This document shows, in pieces, positions 18,826-25,222 of a stretch of 64,000 nt of DNA (within the stretch, counting starts at the first letter, position 1; every line of letters begins with the position of its first letter). The stretch covers positions 448,682 through 512,681 of the forward strand of contig CAWHBG010000001.1 of the NCBI GenBank assembly GCA_963827565.1, in the 5' to 3' direction. Under the pieces are notes generated by a model. It was given only the letters and a program-made list of their open reading frames with translations. It had not been told where the DNA came from and did no database searches. Origin of the DNA: Candidatus Aminicenantes bacterium (GTDB lineage Bacteria > Acidobacteriota > Aminicenantia > UBA2199). The position numbers and the translations under genes were made by a program.

Positions 18826-19275
18826 ATGATATCTAAAAATAAATGGGATGCTCAGATTATTGGATTTACAAGCGGAGTTTTTGATATGTTCCATATCGGG
18901 CATCTGAATATATTAAAAATGGCAAAATCAATGTGCGATAAACTGATTGTAGGAGTTACAGTTGACGAACTTGTTGCTTACAAAAAAAGGAGAGTAGTTA
19001 TACCGTTCGAAGAGAGGTTAGAAATAATTCAAAATATAAAGTATGTTGATCTGGCGATACCTCAGGATGATCTGGATAAATATGTGATGTGGGAAAAGCT
19101 GAAATTTGATGTGATGTTCATCGGTGATGACTGGTTCGATACTGAAAGGTTTCATGAATTTGAAAAAAAATTATCGGAAGTTGATGTTAAAATCGTATAT
19201 CTTCCATACACGGACAAAATATCAACAACAATTCTTAAAGAGAGGCTTTTGGCAGTATGCAGTGAGATAGAATAG
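18826..19275 (+). CDS. TagD-like cytidylyltransferase (glycerol-3-phosphate cytidylyltransferase family)
   Basis: 149 aa. It has GVFDMFHIGHLNILKMAK (HxGH), GDDW and ISTT motifs, colinear with B. subtilis TagD as I remember it. It is divergent from the CDP-alcohol transferase gene. Confidence 0.8.
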   Translation: MISKNKWDAQIIGFTSGVFDMFHIGHLNILKMAKSMCDKLIVGVTVDELVAYKKRRVVIPFEERLEIIQNIKYVDLAIPQDDLDKYVMWEKLKFDVMFIGDDWFDTERFHEFEKKLSEVDVKIVYLPYTDKISTTILKERLLAVCSEIE

Positions 19276-19419
19276 ATAAAAGTATTTTGCCTTTTATAAA
19301 AGTTAATCGTAGGATTAAGTAATTCTTCAGGAAAAAATCAGAGTTATACTGTATTTTTTTTAGTGTATATTGTTGACTATTTTTTTTTTATTTTTATCTT
19401 TAACAAAATAGGGGTGACC

Positions 19420-20631
19420 ATGAAAAGAATTATTCTGTGTATTATTTTATCAGTGTTTCTATTCAATGTGCCCGGCGCGGCTGAGGAAGTTCAGAAAATT
19501 GAAGTAACCGCGAAAGTGGCGAACATCAGAAGCGGGCCGACGCTCGACAGCCAGGTGATCGGTAAAGGACTCCTGGGTGATTTGTTCACTCTTCTCGGAA
19601 TCGAGGGGAGTTGGTATAAGATCGAACTTTCTGTTGACAAAGATGGAGTAAAAAAAACCGGGTATATTTATAAAAGCATTACTAAAATTGCCGAAGTGGT
19701 GAAAGAAAAGGAAGCACCACTACCTGAAAAGGATAAAGTTGAAAAGGAAAAAACGAAAGTTGAAAAAGAAAAGGAAAAAGAGATAGCTGAAATAGAAAAA
19801 GAGAAAGAGAAAGCGGAAAAAGAGAAACTGAAGGCAGAAAAGAAAGCAGAGAAGGAAAAACTGAAAGCGGAGAAAAAAGCGGAAAAGGAAAAGAAGAAAG
19901 CGGAAAAAGAGAAACTGAAGGCAGAAAAAAAAGCAGAGAAAGAGAAACTGAAATCATTGAGTAAAGAAGAGAAAGAGAAACTAAAAGCAGAGAAGAAAGT
20001 GGAGAGAGAAAAGAAAAAAGCTGAAAAAGAGAAACTGAAGGCAGAAAAGAAAGCTGAAAAAGAGAAGAAAAAAGCTGAAATGAAAAAGGCGGATGTAATG
20101 GTTGTCAAAAAGAAAAAAGAGAGCCAGGATTTTCTTTTTAAAGGTTTCTATTTGAAAGGCGGATATATGACAGACCCGAAGGTCGATAGTTTGGGAGATA
20201 AGTGGATTGCATCTCTTGGCTTTGATTCTCCGATCGGAAGATTTGCAGCGTGGGGGTTCGAATTCCAGCCATATTTCAGAACTCTCACGGCAGATCTTAT
20301 AGATTATTCTGAATATTACTTTGTTACAAATTTTTTTCTGAATGTTAAAGGTGGAATTAATCTTGGCAGATTATGGGACAAATTAAATTTTTTAACTGTC
20401 TATCTTGGAGGAGGCCCCGGGGTATCACTCGGTTACCTGTATACGGATTATAACGGTATAACCGGGACTCAATTTGATGTATTTTTTGCATGGCATATCG
20501 TTTACGGAGCTGAAATAAAACTCGGGAAAATGAACATCATTGTAGAGTTCCAAAGCAATAAAGTTATTAATACTGATATCGACCCATCGACCCAGTCAGC
20601 CAATTACTTTCTGATTGGCCTCAGGTTTTAA
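19420..20631 (+). CDS. SH3b domain - Lys/Glu-rich repeat - C-terminal beta-barrel outer-membrane protein
   Basis: The start is chosen at ATG 19420 (AGGGGTGA RBS; MKRIILCIILSVFLFNVPGAAEE signal). An SH3b-like segment follows (VTAKVANIRSGPTLDSQVIGKGLLGDLFTLLGIEGSWYKIEL). Then comes ~130 aa of AEKEKLKAEKK-type repeats. The last ~160 aa are beta-strand-like and end in ...NYFLIGLRF (terminal Phe). Confidence 0.6.
   Translation: MKRIILCIILSVFLFNVPGAAEEVQKIEVTAKVANIRSGPTLDSQVIGKGLLGDLFTLLGIEGSWYKIELSVDKDGVKKTGYIYKSITKIAEVVKEKEAPLPEKDKVEKEKTKVEKEKEKEIAEIEKEKEKAEKEKLKAEKKAEKEKLKAEKKAEKEKKKAEKEKLKAEKKAEKEKLKSLSKEEKEKLKAEKKVEREKKKAEKEKLKAEKKAEKEKKKAEMKKADVMVVKKKKESQDFLFKGFYLKGGYMTDPKVDSLGDKWIASLGFDSPIGRFAAWGFEFQPYFRTLTADLIDYSEYYFVTNFFLNVKGGINLGRLWDKLNFLTVYLGGGPGVSLGYLYTDYNGITGTQFDVFFAWHIVYGAEIKLGKMNIIVEFQSNKVINTDIDPSTQSANYFLIGLRF
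19735..20090 (+). repeat. imperfect in-frame tandem repeat (33/54-nt periodicity) encoding AEKEKLKAEKK / AEKEKKK units
   Basis: Repeated GAAAAAGAGAAACTGAAGGCAGAAAAGAAAGC-type units are visible in the DNA. This purine-rich strand also produces long spurious antisense ORFs. Confidence 0.8.
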
Positions 20632-20643
20632 AAGGAGATTAGA

Positions 20644-21021
20644 ATGAATTCCAAGAATATAAGACTGATGGCAGGTGTGATTATACTTCTTTCTTTTACA
20701 CTTTTTATGGGAACAACAGATGAGGAAACAAAGTGTTGGAATCTCTGTGCGGAAGAGTTTTTAGAAACAGGCTTAGGATTTATTGAAATATGGAATGACT
20801 CTTCATACAATATTGGAGTATTATTTATTTACGACAATGGTGCTGTAGATTCCTATATGGTTACAAAAGATCCTCCTAATATGATGAGAAAAGGATTCGA
20901 TAATGGGCGTATCAAGGCCTCTATATATTGGATCCTTCCCAGTGACGGAGCCTGGAAGTTTTATAAATCCTATTATTATAATATCAAGACAGGTGATACT
21001 AAGATAATTCGGGTTAAATAG
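20644..21021 (+). CDS. hypothetical secreted protein
   Basis: 125 aa with an N-terminal hydrophobic signal (MAGVIILLSFTLFMG) and a GGAG RBS. It follows the previous gene by 12 nt. I recognise no family. Confidence 0.4.
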   Translation: MNSKNIRLMAGVIILLSFTLFMGTTDEETKCWNLCAEEFLETGLGFIEIWNDSSYNIGVLFIYDNGAVDSYMVTKDPPNMMRKGFDNGRIKASIYWILPSDGAWKFYKSYYYNIKTGDTKIIRVK

Positions 21022-21114
21022 AGCACAATTTAACCAGGTTGGAAGTTTATAGAGTATTTTAATATCCTTCCAATCCAACTATTATTAAATTGATATTATT
21101 TATATAATACATTT

Positions 21115-21909
21115 ATGTATCCTGAAATGATCCGGATCGGTTCCTTCACTTTGTCGGGGTATCAGTTCTTTTATATCACCGGGGTTGTTTTTACAGTGCT
21201 TGTGGTACTGATATTATCGCGGAGAGAAAAATTTGATCTGATCGAAACAATAAACTATCTGATCTTCGGGATTATTGCCGGGGTGTCTGGTACCAAGATC
21301 TATGCTGTATCGGCAACATTCCTTTCCGATCCGGGACTAAGTGTCAAAGATCCTTCTATTCTTATTTATACATTAAAGAGCGGCGGGGTGTTCTACGGCG
21401 GGATCTTTGCAATAATCATATTTGCGATTTTCTATACCAGAAAATTTTTCCGGGGATCGGAATGGCGGGTGTTCGATATTACAGTGATCGGCGGGGCCCT
21501 GGGGCATGTTTTCGGGCGGCTGGGGTGCTTTTCTGCGGGATGCTGCTACGGCCTCCCCACTGAATTACCGTGGGGCATTAAATTTCCCTTTCAGGGAAAG
21601 AGTGTTCACAAGTTTCATGACACCTTTATCCACCCGACCCAGATATATGAAGCGGTTCTGAACCTGTTGAATTTTAGCATCCTGTTACTGATCTGGAGGA
21701 AGAGAAAATTCGAAGGCCAGATATTCTCACTATATCTGATCAATTACGGATTGATACGATTCTTTGTTGAATTTTTCCGAAATGACGGCGGCCGCGGTTA
21801 TATAATAAAAAATGATTTGAGATTATTAAGCCTTTCAATTCCGCAGCTGATCAGTATAATATTGATTGTATCGGGTTTTTTTCTGTACAGAAAACTAAAG
21901 GTAAGGTGA
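21115..21909 (+). CDS. lgt: prolipoprotein diacylglyceryl transferase
   Basis: 264 aa, polytopic. It has GRLGCFSAGCCYGLPT..PWG and HPTQIYE motifs characteristic of Lgt. Confidence 0.85.
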   Translation: MYPEMIRIGSFTLSGYQFFYITGVVFTVLVVLILSRREKFDLIETINYLIFGIIAGVSGTKIYAVSATFLSDPGLSVKDPSILIYTLKSGGVFYGGIFAIIIFAIFYTRKFFRGSEWRVFDITVIGGALGHVFGRLGCFSAGCCYGLPTELPWGIKFPFQGKSVHKFHDTFIHPTQIYEAVLNLLNFSILLLIWRKRKFEGQIFSLYLINYGLIRFFVEFFRNDGGRGYIIKNDLRLLSLSIPQLISIILIVSGFFLYRKLKVR

Positions 21910-21913
21910 TGAC

Positions 21914-22945
21914 ATGAATACACTAATTAATTTACTATTTTCAGACATTTCTGTGGCGGCAGACAACAACGGGGGAGGGATATCATTTACCCTTATACTT
22001 GTTCTAATCATACTAGTGCTTGTGGCATTTATACTTATAAGGGATAAAAAGATCAGGGATAAGGTGAAAGGCTTCTTCACTGTCATTGGAAGAAAAATAA
22101 AGAATGCAAGGATAAAATCAAAAATAGAGAAAGAGGAAAAAGAGGTTGCTGAGCTCCTTTCAAAGCTTGGCGAGAAGGGGTTCGGGGTTGGGATCTATCC
22201 TGATAATACCGAAGAATTGATCGAGGGGATAAAAAAAGAGAAAGGGATCATTGAGAAATTTGCAAAGGCATTATCTGATAATGAGAAAAAGATCGAAAAA
22301 CTGAAATCGGAGTATGAGATATTTGAGTCATTAAAAAAATCGGAGATAGAAAAAGAGGAGAAGGTGAAGGAACCGGTCGAGAAAAAATATAAAGATGTGA
22401 TCAGGCTGGTTTCGGATCTGAAAAAAGAATCCGAGGACAATGAAAAAAAGATCACGAAGATCGGTAAGGGGATAGAAAAAGCGGAAGCTGAACTAGACCG
22501 TCTATCAAAAGATGAGCTCCTTGATCCTGAAGAGAGGTCAGGGAGGAGAGAGAGGGAGGAGAATACTCTTAAAGATCTTAGGAAAGAATTATCCGGGCGG
22601 ACAATGAGGGAAACAGCAATACCGGGAGAGCTCTCTTCTCTCGAGAAAGAAGAAACTGACCTGAAACTGAAACTTGAAATTTTTAATAAGAATCTGGAAA
22701 AACTGGAAAGCGAGCTGAAAAATACTGAAAAAAAACATGATGAAAAAATAAGTGAACTCGTTAAAGAGAAAGGGCATTTTGCCGGTGAGAAAACAAAGAG
22801 CAGCAATACGCTCAAAGATTTATTTGAAAAGCTTGGAATTATCTTTGATAAAGAGAGGCCAGAAAATAATGACCTTTCGGTCATCTATATCGATATAGAC
22901 CGCGCCCGTGAACGGATAAAAAACCTACAGTCTCAAATTACCTGA
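21914..22945 (+). CDS. N-terminally membrane-anchored coiled-coil protein
   Basis: 343 aa. One TM helix (ISFTLILVLIILVLVAFILI) is followed by ~290 aa of E/K/L-rich heptad-like sequence. It starts 5 nt after lgt. Confidence 0.5.
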   Translation: MNTLINLLFSDISVAADNNGGGISFTLILVLIILVLVAFILIRDKKIRDKVKGFFTVIGRKIKNARIKSKIEKEEKEVAELLSKLGEKGFGVGIYPDNTEELIEGIKKEKGIIEKFAKALSDNEKKIEKLKSEYEIFESLKKSEIEKEEKVKEPVEKKYKDVIRLVSDLKKESEDNEKKITKIGKGIEKAEAELDRLSKDELLDPEERSGRREREENTLKDLRKELSGRTMRETAIPGELSSLEKEETDLKLKLEIFNKNLEKLESELKNTEKKHDEKISELVKEKGHFAGEKTKSSNTLKDLFEKLGIIFDKERPENNDLSVIYIDIDRARERIKNLQSQIT

Positions 22946-22959
22946 TTCTTTTACCATTT

Positions 22960-23330
22960 CAGGTATGGTTCCTACAAGATATACAGTCTTACTCTCGCCA
23001 TCATCCACTTCGCTTCCCGCTACGGATGTTCTCATCCGCTTAACGCTGCAGTCCTCGGGGGGATCGATCTTCGGCGAGTCCCCCCCTCCGGTGCCCGCGA
23101 GAGCAGATGGATGGCTGCGCAATGTAACTCCTTTCAGAACAAATATCATTCATATTGTTCAATACTCTTTGGGGCGCTTCCGTGTTTTGCTTTTGCGGGA
23201 CTGGAAGCCCGAGTCTCGTCAAAATCGAACGGAGGGCGGACCTCCAGAAAAATACCAGCAGGATTTTTCGGTAGCAAAGAGCAATCACGGATAAAGCCTG
23301 TGCAAACAGAATAAATGAATGATATTTTTT
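22960..23330. ncRNA. candidate structured RNA / GC-rich non-coding element of unknown class
   Basis: No protein-like ORF appears in any frame. There is a local GC spike: I count 42/60 G+C in 23041-23100, against ~19-22/60 in the kinase genes. Hairpins include CGGATG-TTCT-CATCCG (23023-23038), GGGGGGATCG..CGAGTCCCCCC (23057-23087), GCAG..CTGC (23103-23118), GCTTCC..GGAAGC (23176-23207) and GGAGG-GCGGA-CCTCC (23231-23245). CTCTCGC (22992-22998) is complementary to GCGAGAG (23097-23103). The strand is undetermined. Confidence 0.3.
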
Positions 23331-23351
23331 TATGCTTCTTCATTATTTTTT

Positions 23352-23401
23352 TTGACATGGGGAGGATTTTATACTATATTATAAGCGAACAAAAGGCGAA
23401 C
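23352..23401 (+). promoter_or_regulatory. lexA promoter with direct-repeat LexA-type operator (GAAC-N7-GAAC)
   Basis: TTGACA (23352-23357), a 17-nt spacer, TATATT (23375-23380), 4 nt, then GCGAACAAAAGGCGAAC (23385-23401), and ATG at 23404. The layout matches 3288-3337. Confidence 0.7.
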
Positions 23402-23403
23402 TG

Positions 23404-23976
23404 ATGATCACAAAAAAACAAAAAATTTTTCTGGAAAAACTGAGATCCAAGGTTACCAGCGACGGATATTTCCCTTCGGTCAGGGAGATATGTGAGATCA
23501 CCGGACTCTCCTCCCCCGCAACCGTCCACTCCTACCTTACCCGCCTGGTGGAAAACGGTTATCTCCGCAGGGACGGCAGGTCGTGGATCATGATACCTGA
23601 GAAAGGTCTGATTCCACTCGTCGGAATAGTTCCTGCCGGATCCCCGTTGGAGGTATTTGAATCTCTCGGGGAAGAAGTTGAGCTTCCGGAATGGATGGTC
23701 GATAAGGGGGGAGATAAGGTTGCTCTGAGGGTTCAGGGTGAAAGTATGAGGGATGCTTATATAAGGGAAGGGGATATAGTGATAATAAAGAAGACACCCG
23801 ATGCAGAATCGGGTGATATGGTCGTTGCCCTTATGGAGGATTCCACAATTACCCTTAAAAGGCTGAAAAAGAACAACGGGTCTGTATGGCTGATCCCAGA
23901 GAATCCGGAATTTGAACCTATCCATGACCCCTTCAAACTTGTAGGGAAAGTGATCGGTGTCCTGAGGAGATATTAA
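23404..23976 (+). CDS. lexA: LexA repressor
   Basis: 190 aa. It has an N-terminal winged HTH (SVREICEITGLSSPATVHSYLTRLVENGYL), an Ala-Gly cleavage site (VPAGSP), and the S24 Ser (GESMRDA) and Lys (VIIKK). Confidence 0.9.
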   Translation: MITKKQKIFLEKLRSKVTSDGYFPSVREICEITGLSSPATVHSYLTRLVENGYLRRDGRSWIMIPEKGLIPLVGIVPAGSPLEVFESLGEEVELPEWMVDKGGDKVALRVQGESMRDAYIREGDIVIIKKTPDAESGDMVVALMEDSTITLKRLKKNNGSVWLIPENPEFEPIHDPFKLVGKVIGVLRRY

Positions 23977-23978
23977 GT

Positions 23979-25169
23979 GTGAGCGCCCCTTTTGTTCTCC
24001 ATATAGATATTGATGCATTCTTTGCCGCTGCGGAAGTGATGATGCGTCCGGGGCTTAAAGGGAAACCGGTTATAATCGGGGGAATGCCCGATGAGCGGGG
24101 TGTTGTCAGCACAGCTTCCTATGAAGCGAGGAAGTTCGGTGTACATTCCGGAATGGCGCTCAGGAATGCAGGCCGTAAATGTCCTGAAGGGATATTTCTA
24201 AGAGGCAGATTTCATATATATGAGAGGATATCCCGTGAGTTCTTCAAGTGTCTTTCCCGATTTTCTCCCGTAGTGGAACCGGTTTCTGTGGATGAAGCAT
24301 ACATTGACCTCAGCGGTATAAAATATTCCGGGTCTTCTGTTTACGACCTTGCAGCCGCGATAAAAGAATCTGCCGAAAAACATATAGGATTGAAAGTATC
24401 TGCGGGGCTGGGATATACAAAACTGGGGGCAAAACTTGCAACAGAGGCAGCAAAGCCCGGGGGAATATTTTTCATGGATGATGAGAAAGAATTTATATCA
24501 GGACTTTCACTTGAAAAGATACCCGGTATCGGGCCTCACACCCTGGTCATTCTTCACGGAATGGGAATTAAGAGGGTCAGCGAGTTAAAGGAGAAGAATT
24601 TCTCTTTATGGAAAAGGGTTATAGGGCATTATTTCTATTCACCCTCCGGTGAGTACAGGAGGAGAAAAGAACCGAAAACAAGGAGTTTCAGCAGAGAAAC
24701 AACTTTTTTGAATGATATAAGGGACAGGAATATGATACTGTCACACCTTGCATACCTCCTGGACAGGCTTTCGGTATATCTGGTAGAAAAAGGCCTCTAC
24801 GCCGGGAGAGTGGAGGTAAAGGTGAGATTCAGTGACTTTTCCACATTTACAGCCAGAAATGCCCTCGAATTCCCGACATTTTCCTACCGGGATATGTGGA
24901 AGAGTTCCGTTCCTCTTCTGGATAAGTTATTGAAGAAAAAAAAACTGCCTCTCAGACTGATAGGTATTAAAGTGGAGGATATTGCAAAGACCAGGTCTCT
25001 GCTTCCGTTCGTTTCAGTGGATGGCGAAAAGTTGAGCAGAACCATTGCCGGGATCAAGAAGAAGCACGGGTTCTCTTCAATTTTCACAGCGAGAGAATTT
25101 CTTCTGGAAAGGGTATATCCCGTGGAGAAAGAGGGAGTTGTTCTCAAGACCGCTTCTCTCACAAAATAA
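23979..25169 (+). CDS. dinB: DNA polymerase IV (Y-family)
   Basis: 396 aa with a GTG start 2 nt after the lexA stop. Motifs: HIDIDAFFAAAE, SVDEAYIDL and KIPGIGP (HhH). It is co-oriented with lexA in an operon-like arrangement. Confidence 0.9.
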   Translation: MSAPFVLHIDIDAFFAAAEVMMRPGLKGKPVIIGGMPDERGVVSTASYEARKFGVHSGMALRNAGRKCPEGIFLRGRFHIYERISREFFKCLSRFSPVVEPVSVDEAYIDLSGIKYSGSSVYDLAAAIKESAEKHIGLKVSAGLGYTKLGAKLATEAAKPGGIFFMDDEKEFISGLSLEKIPGIGPHTLVILHGMGIKRVSELKEKNFSLWKRVIGHYFYSPSGEYRRRKEPKTRSFSRETTFLNDIRDRNMILSHLAYLLDRLSVYLVEKGLYAGRVEVKVRFSDFSTFTARNALEFPTFSYRDMWKSSVPLLDKLLKKKKLPLRLIGIKVEDIAKTRSLLPFVSVDGEKLSRTIAGIKKKHGFSSIFTAREFLLERVYPVEKEGVVLKTASLTK

Positions 25170-25222
25170 TTGTACTGAATAACAGGGTTGATTTAGGGAG
25201 AGGTTTTATTTATTATCACCTT

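Noticed and set aside
19735-20090. Regularly spaced repeats considered as a CRISPR-like array
   Set aside because: The repeats are contiguous, in frame and purine-only, inside a well-supported CDS. There are no unique spacers and no cas genes.
19668-20108. 146-aa and 91-aa ORFs (19668..20108 and 19682..19957) antisense to the Lys/Glu repeat, with S/F/A-rich products
   Set aside because: They are mirror images of the purine-rich AEKEK repeat. The low-complexity products have no start context, and the sense ORF has a clear signal peptide, SH3b domain and barrel.
22195-22884. 229-aa Ser/Phe-rich ORF antisense to the coiled-coil gene
   Set aside because: This is the same artefact. The GAA/AAG-rich sense codons produce an open TTC/CTT antisense frame, and the sequence is not protein-like.
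22960-23330. Tested whether the GC-rich element is tmRNA, RNase P RNA, SRP/4.5S RNA, 6S RNA or a cobalamin-type riboswitch
   Set aside because: On neither strand did I find the hallmark cores. These were GGGG..TTCGAC 5' end plus a T-arm/ACCA 3' end and an Ala-resume tag ORF (tmRNA); GAGGAAAGTCC and ACAGAA..GGCTTA (RNase P); and AGGTCAGGTCCGGAAGGAAGCAGCC (SRP). By-eye matching is weak evidence, so a covariance-model scan is still needed.
23374-24018. 214-aa ORF antisense to lexA
   Set aside because: The sense strand encodes an unmistakable LexA with promoter and operator. The antisense product has no recognisable features.
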